Shown piece after piece: positions 30,931 to 40,104 of a DNA stretch of 64,000 nt; within the stretch, counting starts at the first letter, position 1, and each line of letters begins with the position of its first letter. Under the pieces are notes generated by a model. The model was not told the origin of the DNA and searched no databases. It saw nothing but the letters and a program-made list of their open reading frames with translations. The translations under genes and the position numbers were made by a program. This DNA comes from an uncultured Pseudomonadota bacterium (GTDB lineage: Bacteria; Vulcanimicrobiota; Vulcanimicrobiia; Eremiobacterales; Eremiobacteraceae): contig CAVTNB010000001.1 of the NCBI GenBank assembly GCA_963736005.1, positions 1,856,001-1,920,000 of the forward strand, written 5' to 3'.

Positions 30931-32664
30931 ATGCGAAAACACCGGCTGCTTCTTGCGTCGGCGGTTGTCTGCGCTGTGTTCGCCCTCGCGATTCCGGCGC
31001 TCGCCGACGATTCTAACCCAGTGCCGGCTCCGGCCGCTTCCGCAACGTCCGCGGCGCCCGACGCAGGGGCGGTCGCGACCGCCAGTCCTGGAAGCGGTGC
31101 GAGCAGTGCAGACGGAATTGGCGTTTCCATCGCCACCGGGGACAACAACCCGTTTGCCGACGTTCCCACGGACTCGTTTGCCTACAAGGCCATCGTGCAG
31201 CTACACGATTTGGGTTATCTCAAAGGGTATCCGGACGGGTTGTTTCATGGCAAACGTAACCTCACACGCTACGAAATGGCGGTCATGGTCGACCGCGTTG
31301 TGAACGAGCTCGAGTACCAGCTCCACGATCCCAACGGAGCGGTCCGAGTGAATGCTGCGGCCATCGCCGATGCCCGCATGCTGCTCGATCAGTATGGGTC
31401 GCAGATCAAGGACCTGCAAACCAAAGAAGCCGCGCTAGATACCCGCCTGACCACCGCGGAGACCACGCTCAACCGCATGCAAATCCATGCGTACGCATAC
31501 GTTCGCGCTCCCGGCACCTATACCGAAACCGTGAGCGCATTCCAGCCAAATGGCACACCGTTGAAGCCTGGGACGATTGTCAAAGATGATGCGCAAAGCT
31601 ACGTGGTCGGCACCAACTCGCGTGGAACGGGCTACTCGGTCTTTCGTCTCATCATTCAAGGCGACCTCGACAAGCAAGCCAGCTATGCCGTGCGTTTGGA
31701 AAACAAGAACTTCTTTGGTCAAGCCAACGTCAACGGCCTCGACAACGTGAATCCAGCCGGGCCAACCACGAGCACGTATAACACAGGTGGGCTCTTACGC
31801 TTGAACTACGCGTATCTGAAGTATCAATTCACGAACTCGCCTGTCTATCTCGAGGCTGGCAAGTACACGCTGCGCAGCGACCCGCTCGGACTCGCGTATG
31901 ACAATGACTACTACAATGGCGGACTCTTTGGTTTCAAGAATTCGAAGGTGTATGGCTGGCTGGGCTTCGGCCAGACCGGAGGCCCGGATCTTGGCAGCAC
32001 TTCTCCGTTTGCCTACGTGCCCGGTCCAGCTTCGAGTGGAGCTGTGCCGAACACCCAATTCATCGTCCTCGCGCATGTCGGCGTGACTCCAACAAGCCGC
32101 GCACTCATAACGGGAAGCTGGGTTGAACTCCAAGGTTATAAGAACAACTTCTGGTGGACCTTGAAGCAGACGTACCAGCCGCTCCAGGCAAATTTGTCAG
32201 TCGGCGCCATAGGCGCCAGCTACCAGTTCGGTCCCTCGCTCAATCTCGCGGTGCAAGGCTTGACTCGATTCGGCAACGACCCGACAACGTTGAAAGGATG
32301 GACCGACAACAAGGCATTCTGGGGCGTTGTCAATGTGGGTCACACGGCTCAAAAAATCAACAACAACTTCATGGAGCTAGGGTGGATCGGTACTGGCGCG
32401 CACTCCGTGCTCAACCCGGAGACGTGGGTCAACGGCACGCCCTTCTACACTTTTTACTATACCGGTCAGGCCAACGACCGTAAGATGGCCTACATCGGGG
32501 TGCACCACTGGGTGAGCAATTACATGCGCGTTGGCCTTAACTACCAATATTGGGGGATCAACACGCCACTTCCGTTGTTCTCAGGCACGGGCGTTCCAGC
32601 TGGTTCGTACATCATGAACAACGACAACCGCGCGCTCTTTCTGAACACGCTCATGCAATTCTAA
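30931..32664 (+). CDS. SLH-domain outer-membrane beta-barrel protein (OmpM/SomA-like porin)
   Basis: Signal peptide, SLH motif FADVPTDSFAY...GYPDG...TRYEMA, coiled-coil stalk, beta-rich region, C-terminal Phe. Confidence 0.88.
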   Translation: MRKHRLLLASAVVCAVFALAIPALADDSNPVPAPAASATSAAPDAGAVATASPGSGASSADGIGVSIATGDNNPFADVPTDSFAYKAIVQLHDLGYLKGYPDGLFHGKRNLTRYEMAVMVDRVVNELEYQLHDPNGAVRVNAAAIADARMLLDQYGSQIKDLQTKEAALDTRLTTAETTLNRMQIHAYAYVRAPGTYTETVSAFQPNGTPLKPGTIVKDDAQSYVVGTNSRGTGYSVFRLIIQGDLDKQASYAVRLENKNFFGQANVNGLDNVNPAGPTTSTYNTGGLLRLNYAYLKYQFTNSPVYLEAGKYTLRSDPLGLAYDNDYYNGGLFGFKNSKVYGWLGFGQTGGPDLGSTSPFAYVPGPASSGAVPNTQFIVLAHVGVTPTSRALITGSWVELQGYKNNFWWTLKQTYQPLQANLSVGAIGASYQFGPSLNLAVQGLTRFGNDPTTLKGWTDNKAFWGVVNVGHTAQKINNNFMELGWIGTGAHSVLNPETWVNGTPFYTFYYTGQANDRKMAYIGVHHWVSNYMRVGLNYQYWGINTPLPLFSGTGVPAGSYIMNNDNRALFLNTLMQF

Positions 32665-32670
32665 AGGCGT

Positions 32671-32696
32671 GGGGCGATTTTCCAATCGCCCCCTAC
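32671..32696 (-). repeat. REP-like hairpin, family C
   Basis: Reverse complement GTAGGGGGCGATTGGAAAATCGCCCC. Confidence 0.8.
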
Positions 32697-32731
32697 AGGT
32701 CTGCTGCTACGAGCAGCAAGAACACGCTCCC

Positions 32732-33541
32732 ATGGCAAGGCCTTGGGAGCGGCTTTTTGTTGGGGCGGCTGGGCTTTTTGCTTGGTGCGTGATCCTCACG
32801 CCATTTTCAATCGTGACGGTTCTCATGGTTGCCGCGCTCGCGGGTCAGCAGCGGCCCGATCCGTTGTTCTTTCTGGGGAATCTCGTCGTTGAGCTTTTTG
32901 CCACGCTGCTCGTCGGGGTTGTGGGAGCGGTTATCGGCGCCAGCATCGGCATTGGCACGGCCCTGCTCACCCAGGAGCTCGTGACAGGAAGGCTGAGCCA
33001 AGCCATCGGCGCTGCCACTTCGGGTCTCTCAGTGTTTCCAGCCGTCGTGCTGGGCTGGTTCGGCGCGACCCTGATTCTGCCGGCTCTTTCCGGCCACACT
33101 CCGGGCGCCGTTTTTGCTGCCGCCTGCGTGGTGGTGTCCATCGCTGTCATTTCGCGATCGAACGTGCTCGCGGTCCGCTTGCTCGGCGCGCTCGCACCTT
33201 CGGTCCGCGAAGCCGCCGCAGCTGCGGGTGCCGGTGCGAGCCGAGTGACGGCACACGTGACGATCCCGGCGTGCAAGCGGCAATTGCTCGGTATCTATGC
33301 AGATGCGCTGTCCAGAGCAGTTGGTGAAGCAGCGGGCGTTTCCGTTGTGTTCCTGGCCGCTGCGCGGGCCGGATATCCCGTGTCTCTCTTTACGATACCG
33401 AGCTCGATCATGGCGCATGCGCACACGATGCAATTGATCGATGCGGGCATCGCGCAATCAGCGCTTGTGGTTTTGGCCTTTGCCGCGACGAGCAAGATCA
33501 TCGCAGCACGCCGAATTGGGAGCCTCCAGTGGGTCTCGTGA
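32732..33541 (+). CDS. Divergent PstC-like permease
   Basis: VFPAVVLGWFG, REAAAAAGA (EAA loop) and SRAVGEA align to PstC; start placed at ATG 32732. Confidence 0.8.
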   Translation: MARPWERLFVGAAGLFAWCVILTPFSIVTVLMVAALAGQQRPDPLFFLGNLVVELFATLLVGVVGAVIGASIGIGTALLTQELVTGRLSQAIGAATSGLSVFPAVVLGWFGATLILPALSGHTPGAVFAAACVVVSIAVISRSNVLAVRLLGALAPSVREAAAAAGAGASRVTAHVTIPACKRQLLGIYADALSRAVGEAAGVSVVFLAAARAGYPVSLFTIPSSIMAHAHTMQLIDAGIAQSALVVLAFAATSKIIAARRIGSLQWVS

Positions 33542-34350
33542 CCGTCGGCACGCCGAAACCGGACACGTTTCGGTCGCGCGACGTGCTTGTCACGGCGCTC
33601 TCGTACATTGCCGGAACGGCCGGCGCGATGGCGTTCGTGGCCGTGCTGGTCGCGCTCGTTGCTCTTGGTTGGCAAGATTTCGCACGAGTGCTTGCGGTGC
33701 CGCAGGGGGCAGGGAGCGCGCTCGCCATTTCGGCACTCGTTCTTGCGATCGCCTTGCCAGTGACGTTTGCGATCGGCCTGTGCGCCGCGGTGTGCGCAAC
33801 GGATCCTAGCATCGGTGGCGTCGCGACTCGCGCGGTGCGTGAGTCCCTGGAGTGGTCGGTAGGCATACCGCCCGTTGTTATCGGCGTGGCCGTTTTTTTT
33901 ACGGTCGTGGCCTTCGTGCACTCATCGGTTGTCGGCGCGGCCGCTCTCGCCCTCATCGTCTTGAATCTACCCAACGCCACTGCCCGTTTGGCACAAGCAT
34001 TCTCGGGCGTTCCCGAAGTGGCGCGCGAAGCTGCAGCGGCCCTTGGAGCCTCGTCTGCGTCAGCGTTTTTTGGGTTGACGCTCCCGCAATCGGCATGGGC
34101 GGTCGCCGCAGTACTCTGTGCTCTCGCTGGGCAGATGGTCGGTGAGACCTCCGCGGTTGTGCTGGCAGTGAGCGCAAGCGGCGGAGCGCAACCACTCTCT
34201 GCCGCGATTTGGCACTTTGCTTCGAATGTGAGCCTAGCTGCGACCGAGGCCGCATCGTGTCTTGTTCTCGTGCTCGTCGTGGCGGCTTGCACGGCGCTGT
34301 CGAAAGATTTTTCCCGCAGACAGCTCGAAACATCGGCGACCAAAACGTGA
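33529..34350 (+). CDS. Divergent PstA-like permease (conserved transport Arg replaced by Gln)
   Basis: GIPPVVIG, REAAAALGA, AGQMVGETSA versus canonical [10 protein letters not shown]. Confidence 0.8.
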   Translation: MGLVTVGTPKPDTFRSRDVLVTALSYIAGTAGAMAFVAVLVALVALGWQDFARVLAVPQGAGSALAISALVLAIALPVTFAIGLCAAVCATDPSIGGVATRAVRESLEWSVGIPPVVIGVAVFFTVVAFVHSSVVGAAALALIVLNLPNATARLAQAFSGVPEVAREAAAALGASSASAFFGLTLPQSAWAVAAVLCALAGQMVGETSAVVLAVSASGGAQPLSAAIWHFASNVSLAATEAASCLVLVLVVAACTALSKDFSRRQLETSATKT

Positions 34351-35126
34351 GCACGCAAGGCGGACCAACGGTCGAGACGAAGCTGGAAGCATCGCAGTTG
34401 CACGTTTGGTTCGGCGATAAGCACGCACTGCGCGGCGTGAATATCTCAGTCGTTGCGGGCAGAACGGTCGCTTTCATAGGGGCATCCAAAAGTGGCAAGA
34501 CGACGCTGCTTCGATCGTTCAATCGGTTGCACGATCTCAATCCGCGAGCGCGGCTGCATGGCAGCGTCAAAATCGACGGAGCTGAGATTTTAGGACCAGG
34601 CGTCGACGTTGCCGCGCTGCGACGCCGTGTCGGAATGACCTTTTCCACACCCACCGTCCTCCCGACATCGATCTTCGACAACGTCGCGTTTGGGTTGCGC
34701 GCAAAAGGGCTGCGCGATCGCATCCTGATCGAAGAGAAAGTAGAGCGTTCGCTGCGTCGGGTGCTTCTTTGGGATGCGGTCAGCCCGCTGCTCGATCGTG
34801 CGCCCTCGGATCTCACCATCGAACAGCTCCAACGGCTCTGTCTCGCTCGCGCGATGGCGCTCGACCCAGAAGTGCTGCTTTTTGACGACCCAACCGCAAC
34901 ACTCGATCCCGTGGCCGGACTCGCCTTCGAAGAAGTCTTCATACCACTGCGCCGCGACCATACCGTGCTCATCGCCACAAATAATTTGGAACAGGCGGCC
35001 CGACTGTCGGACACGACGTGCTATCTCGCCAGCGGTGAAGTCATCGAGAGCGGCGAAACCCCGCTTGTTTTCAGCCGGCCGACGGATACGCGAACCGAAG
35101 ACTTCTTGGCCGGCAGATCGCCCTAA
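34347..35126 (+). CDS. PstB-like ATP-binding protein with degenerate catalytic motifs
   Basis: Clear PstB paralog (GKTTLLRSFNRLHD, QAARLSD, RTEDFLAGR) with LTIEQ, LLFDD, ATNN and TFS; GTGA overlap with the pstA-like gene. Confidence 0.88.
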   Translation: MSTQGGPTVETKLEASQLHVWFGDKHALRGVNISVVAGRTVAFIGASKSGKTTLLRSFNRLHDLNPRARLHGSVKIDGAEILGPGVDVAALRRRVGMTFSTPTVLPTSIFDNVAFGLRAKGLRDRILIEEKVERSLRRVLLWDAVSPLLDRAPSDLTIEQLQRLCLARAMALDPEVLLFDDPTATLDPVAGLAFEEVFIPLRRDHTVLIATNNLEQAARLSDTTCYLASGEVIESGETPLVFSRPTDTRTEDFLAGRSP

Positions 35127-35145
35127 AGCCCTCGAGGAGGCCGTC

Positions 35146-36546
35146 ATGAAGCTGGACGTGACGACGCCAGCGCTCGGACCGTTGCGTGCGGATGGCATGC
35201 ACTACTACAACAACGCTCTTGAGACGATTGGCCATACGCCGCTCGTCAAGCTCAACCGCGTCATGGACAGTGCGTCTTGTCTCGTGCTAGCGAAGGTCGA
35301 GTACTTCAACCCCGGCGGATCGGTCAAAGATCGACCTGTGCTTGCGATGATTCGCGATGCCGAAGAGCGAGGATTGCTCCGGCCTTCGGGGACGATCGTC
35401 GAGGCGACATCGGGCAACACTGGGACGGGACTCGCGATGGTTGCGGCCATCAAGGGCTATCGGTGCATTCTGGTCATGCCGGACAAGGTGAGCGACGAAA
35501 AAGTGCGCTTGTTGCGGGCCTATGGCGCGGAAGTCGTGATCACGCCAACAAAAGCGCCCGCCAGCAGTCCCGAGTCTTATTACGGAGTGGCGGCACGCCT
35601 GGCGAGCGAGATTCCTGGCGCGTTTCAGCCCAACCAATTTGCCAATCTGCTCAATCCGCGAGCGCACGAAGAAACAACCGGTCCGGAAATTTGGCAGCAG
35701 ACCACGGGCAAGATCACCCACTTCGTCAGCGGGATCGGAACCGGCGGCACCATTTCAGGCGTTGCCCACTATCTCAAAGCGCAAAACGCCTCGATCACCG
35801 TGATCGGTGCGGATCCGGAAGGTTCCATTTATTCGGGAGATACGGCGAAATCGTACAAGGTCGAAGGCATCGGAGAAGATTTCTTACCCGCAACCGTTGA
35901 CTTGCGAGCGATTGACCGAATCGAGCGAGTTTCAGATAAGGAATCCTTTCTCATGACGCGCCGAGCATGCCGCGAAGAAGGGCTGCTGGTCGGTGGCTCA
36001 TCAGGCACGGCGCTCGTGGCGGCGCATCGGGTCGTCCGCGAGTTGGCGCCCGAGGCGATCGTCGTTGTCCTTTTGCCTGACAACGGCCGCGGCTACCTCT
36101 CGAAGATCTTCAACGATGAGTGGATGCGAACGAACGGATTTCTGGGTGAAGCGGGCCTCGCCGCAACTGTTGGCGAGGTGTTGCGTGCCAAGGGAGCACT
36201 CCCCAAGTTGATTACGGTCTCTCCCTCCGATACCGTCCGTCACGGCATTGAGCTGATGCGCGAGTTTCAGATTTCACAGATTCCCGTTGTGGAGAACGGG
36301 GATATGGTCGGCAGCATCAATGAGGTGGCCGTGATGCAGCTCATCTTCGATCACTCGGACATTGTGCATGCCGAAGTGAAGGACGTCATGGGGCGGCCCT
36401 TCCCGTTGCTCGATGAGAAAGAAGAGGTCAGCCGCGCCTATCGAGAGCTTTCTCTTGGCCACGCGGCCGTCGTGGTGAGTCACGAAGCAAAGGCGATCGG
36501 GGTGCTCACCAAGATGGACATCATCAACTATCTATCGGTGACCTAA
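35146..36546 (+). CDS. cbs: Cystathionine beta-synthase with C-terminal CBS domains
   Basis: NPGGSVKDR, EATSGNTG, GIGTGGT, EGIGEDF, YLSKIFNDEW, CBS pair; GAGGAGG RBS. Confidence 0.93.
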   Translation: MKLDVTTPALGPLRADGMHYYNNALETIGHTPLVKLNRVMDSASCLVLAKVEYFNPGGSVKDRPVLAMIRDAEERGLLRPSGTIVEATSGNTGTGLAMVAAIKGYRCILVMPDKVSDEKVRLLRAYGAEVVITPTKAPASSPESYYGVAARLASEIPGAFQPNQFANLLNPRAHEETTGPEIWQQTTGKITHFVSGIGTGGTISGVAHYLKAQNASITVIGADPEGSIYSGDTAKSYKVEGIGEDFLPATVDLRAIDRIERVSDKESFLMTRRACREEGLLVGGSSGTALVAAHRVVRELAPEAIVVVLLPDNGRGYLSKIFNDEWMRTNGFLGEAGLAATVGEVLRAKGALPKLITVSPSDTVRHGIELMREFQISQIPVVENGDMVGSINEVAVMQLIFDHSDIVHAEVKDVMGRPFPLLDEKEEVSRAYRELSLGHAAVVVSHEAKAIGVLTKMDIINYLSVT

Positions 36547-36554
36547 GAGCGCAT

Positions 36555-37694
36555 ATGGATTTTGCAACCAAAGCCATCCACGTAGGCCAAGACGCGGATC
36601 CCACAACTGGCGCGACGATCGTGCCCATTTATCAGACCTCGACCTACACGCAGCGCGCGCCGGCCGAGCATCTCGGTTTCGACTACTCGCGCAGCGCAAA
36701 CCCTACGCGCCTCGCGCTCGAACGCTGTCTCGCGTCGCTAGAAAATGCCAAGCATGGCCTGTGTTTTGCAAGCGGTATGGCCGCGACGTCGGCCACGCTC
36801 AATCTCCTCTCGGCCGGCGATCACGTCGTCGTCACCGACGACCTGTATGGCGGCACGTTCCGGCTCTTCGATAAGGTGCTCAGGCGCTACGGTCTCACCT
36901 TCACCTATGTGGATGCGAGCGACCCTTCCGCGATAGCCGCCGCCCTGGGTGGATCCACGCGCATGGTCTGGCTTGAATCACCATCCAACCCGCTCATGAA
37001 GCTGGTCGACCTGAGTGCAACGGCGGCTCTTTGTAAACCGCGCGGCGTCCTCGTTGTGGTCGACAACACGTTTGCGACGCCGTTTTTGCAAAATCCACTC
37101 GACTTGGGGGCGGACGTCGTCGTGCATTCGACCACGAAGTACATCGGTGGGCACTCCGATGCGATCGGTGGTTTTGCAGCAACCAACCGTGACGATCTCC
37201 ATGAGGTGCTAAAGTTTCATCAAAACGCCGTTGGCGCCGTGCCCGGGCCGTTTGATTGTTTTCTGACGCTGCGCGGCGTCAAGACGCTAGCACTGCGCAT
37301 GCGCGAGCACGATCGCAACGCTGGAGCGATCGCCGCCTTTCTCGCCGAGCGGCCAGATGTCGAGAAAGTGTATTATCCGGGACTGGTGTCGCATCCACAC
37401 CATGACTTGGCAAAACGTCAAATGCGTGGTTTTGGCGGGATGATTTCATTCGTTCCCAGTGGTGGTGCCAAGCGAGCGCGAGCAATCGCGATGGGGACGA
37501 AGCTTTTTTCGCTGGCGGAGAGCCTTGGCGGCGTCGAATCGCTCATCAGCCATCCCGCATCAATGACCCACGGCGCTATTCCCAAGGAAGATCGGGAAGC
37601 GCGAGGCGTTTTAGATTCGCTGTTACGCTTGTCGGTGGGGATCGAGTCGTCGGCAGACCTCATCGCCGACCTTGCCCACGCTCTTAGCGTGTAG
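36555..37694 (+). CDS. Cystathionine gamma-lyase / gamma-synthase family PLP enzyme
   Basis: PIYQTSTY, YSRSANPTR, FASGMAA, DNTFATP, HSTTKYIGGHSD, LAESLGGVESL. Confidence 0.93.
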   Translation: MDFATKAIHVGQDADPTTGATIVPIYQTSTYTQRAPAEHLGFDYSRSANPTRLALERCLASLENAKHGLCFASGMAATSATLNLLSAGDHVVVTDDLYGGTFRLFDKVLRRYGLTFTYVDASDPSAIAAALGGSTRMVWLESPSNPLMKLVDLSATAALCKPRGVLVVVDNTFATPFLQNPLDLGADVVVHSTTKYIGGHSDAIGGFAATNRDDLHEVLKFHQNAVGAVPGPFDCFLTLRGVKTLALRMREHDRNAGAIAAFLAERPDVEKVYYPGLVSHPHHDLAKRQMRGFGGMISFVPSGGAKRARAIAMGTKLFSLAESLGGVESLISHPASMTHGAIPKEDREARGVLDSLLRLSVGIESSADLIADLAHALSV

Positions 37695-37714
37695 GGGGCG
37701 ATTGGAAAATCGCC
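37691..37714 (+). repeat. REP-like hairpin, family C, overlapping the stop codon
   Basis: GTAGGGGGCGATTGGAAAATCGCC; the TAG of GTAG is the gene's stop codon. Confidence 0.8.
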
Positions 37715-37720
37715 ACGTTC

Positions 37721-38542
37721 TCAAATTCCCGTGAGCCGCCGGCTGATCTCGGCCGCTTCGCGAGCCACGGCTGACGCGATAAAATCTAAACGTTCCGAAT
37801 CGATGTGCCGCGAAAAGCCTGCAACCCAGAGAATCGCCACGAGTTTGTGTCCGGGGCCCATCACTGGGGCAGCGGCGGCGCGCACGCCGTCCACATACTC
37901 GTCCACGTCGATTGCCGCACCACGGGAAATTGCCTCGTCAATCGAGCGTTCGTACGTGTCCGGGTTGACGATGCTGGCCGCCGTAAACGCCGGCAGCGCG
38001 GATTTGGAAAGAAAGTCTCGACGCTTTTGCCCCTCCCAGGAGGCGAGGACCACCTTGCCCACGGCGCCTGCAAGCAGGGGTATCGAAGACCCAACTGGCG
38101 CGGAAATGGCCAAAGTCGGTCTGCCATGCACGATGTCTAAAATAGTGACGTGATCGTCGGCGGGAACCCCGAGGAAGCTCGTCTGCTCGGTTGCCTCCGC
38201 GAGCCGCTCGAGCGCGTCGCGCGCGCTCTGGCGCAAGTCTGGCTGAATCGCACTTCTCGACGAGAGCGCGGATAGCCGAGGTCCGAGATTGTACTTGCGC
38301 GAGCCGTTGACTGCTTCGAGGACGCCAAGCGATTCGAGAGTGGTGACGAGGCCGTGAACGGTGCTCTTCCCCAACTCTAGCCTGCGGGCGAGTTCGGAAA
38401 CACCAAGCGGCTTGTCAGATCGGCTGATGATGTCAAGAAGTTTGAAAGCTTTGAGAACCGCAGGAACTCTCGCGCTTGTGAGACCATTGGATGAGTTGCT
38501 CTCGGGCGAGGCAGTCCGCTGTCCGTTCGATGACGGGAACAT
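37721..38542 (-). CDS. IclR-family transcriptional regulator
   Basis: HTH LGVSELARRLELGKSTVHGLVTTL, GAVGKVVLA, DEYVDGVRAAAAPV; start uncertain. Confidence 0.92.
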   Translation of the reverse strand: MFPSSNGQRTASPESNSSNGLTSARVPAVLKAFKLLDIISRSDKPLGVSELARRLELGKSTVHGLVTTLESLGVLEAVNGSRKYNLGPRLSALSSRSAIQPDLRQSARDALERLAEATEQTSFLGVPADDHVTILDIVHGRPTLAISAPVGSSIPLLAGAVGKVVLASWEGQKRRDFLSKSALPAFTAASIVNPDTYERSIDEAISRGAAIDVDEYVDGVRAAAAPVMGPGHKLVAILWVAGFSRHIDSERLDFIASAVAREAAEISRRLTGI

Positions 38543-38652
38543 CCGAGCGGATTTGCGCTTGCCTGCTCCCGAGCCTCTTTCGGCAAGGGCGCACTCTGGG
38601 ACACGCATAACTAGGGCATTTGGGGCCGTTTTGACCCCACGGAGGTTTCCAC

Positions 38653-40104
38653 TTGCAGTTCGAGTCCGAAGCGCAACGGGTCTTGGACACCGCTGCCAAA
38701 CTCGGTGCGGAATACGCCGATGTTCGATTCGGCGAAACTCGCGACGAACACATCGAAGTGCGCAACGGCGTCGTCAGTAGTCTTTCGGACGGTGAGAGTG
38801 CGGGATTCTCAGTTCGCGCTCTCGTCAACGGTGCTTGGGGATTTGCATCGAGCGCCGACATGAGTGACGCGGAGCTCGATCGGGTCGGAGCTCTCGCGGT
38901 GAGCATCGCCAAAGCGAGCGCGAAAGTGAAGGGTCACGGCATATCGCTTGTCCCAAGCAAGGCGTACGTCGATTCGTACAAGACCCCGTTTGAGATCGAT
39001 CCTGCCACGGTCACGCTTGGCGAACGCATCGGGTATCTACTCGCCGCCGAAAAGGAAGTGCGGGCGGCCAAGGGCGTCACCGTCGCGCGGGCGTGGATGG
39101 ACATCTGGCGGACCAACAAATATTTTGCCAACAGCGAGGGAAGCAAAATCGACCAAAGCCTGCTCCAATGCGGCAGCGCAGTCCACGCGCTAGCGGTTGG
39201 CGAAAACGACGTGCAAGACCGTTGCTTCCCCGGCACGGGCGGACTCTACCAAACCGGGGGCTACGAGATCATTCGCAAGGCAAACCTCCTTGACAACGGT
39301 TTGCGAATCGGAGAGGAGGCGGTTGCTCTGCTGAGCGCTGACCAGTGCCCCTCCGGCACGATGGACGTCATTCTTTCAGGCGACCAAGTCTCGCTGCAGA
39401 TTCACGAATCGATCGGCCACCCACTCGAGCTGGACAGGGTCTTGGGATGGGAGGCAAATTTTTCCGGCACGTCGTTTGCGACGCTCGACAAGCTCGGCAC
39501 GTTCCGCTACGGAAGCGAGCAAGTCAATGTGGTCATCGATATGACGTGTCCTCTGGCTCTGGCGACGCACGGGTACGATGATGAGGGCGTGAAGGCGACC
39601 CCAACCTACCTGATCCGCGACGGAATTCTCGTTGGGTACATGGCGGGGCGCGATACCGCGGGCACCGCAAACGTTGGGCTCTCCGGTTGCGTGCGAGCAG
39701 AGTACTGGGGCCGCTTGCCGATGATCCGCATCGGCAATGTGAATCTGGAAGCGGGGAGCGTGCCGGCAGAGCGGCTCTTCGATGACGTCAAGCAAGGCGT
39801 GTACATGGAGAGCAATCGCTCGTGGTCCATCGACGACAAACGCCTCAACTTCCAGTTCGGCTGCCAGCTGGGCTACGAGATCAAGGACGGCAAGAAAGGC
39901 AAAATGCTCAAGAATCCCACCTATGCCGGTATGACGCCGGCGTTTTGGCGTTCGTGCGATGCCATCGGCAACGCGCAATCGTGGGTTGCTTGGGGCACCC
40001 CCAACTGCGGCAAAGGGGAGCCTTTGCAAACAGCGCGGTCGTGCCAAGGGGCCGCGCCGACCCGCTTCCGCAATGTCACGGTGGGGGTCGCATATGGCGG
40101 CTGA
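38653..40104 (+). CDS. tldD: TldD metalloprotease, catalytic subunit
   Basis: YADVR, GAWGFAS, HESIGHPLE zinc motif, GYDDEG, NCGKG. Confidence 0.93.
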   Translation: MQFESEAQRVLDTAAKLGAEYADVRFGETRDEHIEVRNGVVSSLSDGESAGFSVRALVNGAWGFASSADMSDAELDRVGALAVSIAKASAKVKGHGISLVPSKAYVDSYKTPFEIDPATVTLGERIGYLLAAEKEVRAAKGVTVARAWMDIWRTNKYFANSEGSKIDQSLLQCGSAVHALAVGENDVQDRCFPGTGGLYQTGGYEIIRKANLLDNGLRIGEEAVALLSADQCPSGTMDVILSGDQVSLQIHESIGHPLELDRVLGWEANFSGTSFATLDKLGTFRYGSEQVNVVIDMTCPLALATHGYDDEGVKATPTYLIRDGILVGYMAGRDTAGTANVGLSGCVRAEYWGRLPMIRIGNVNLEAGSVPAERLFDDVKQGVYMESNRSWSIDDKRLNFQFGCQLGYEIKDGKKGKMLKNPTYAGMTPAFWRSCDAIGNAQSWVAWGTPNCGKGEPLQTARSCQGAAPTRFRNVTVGVAYGG

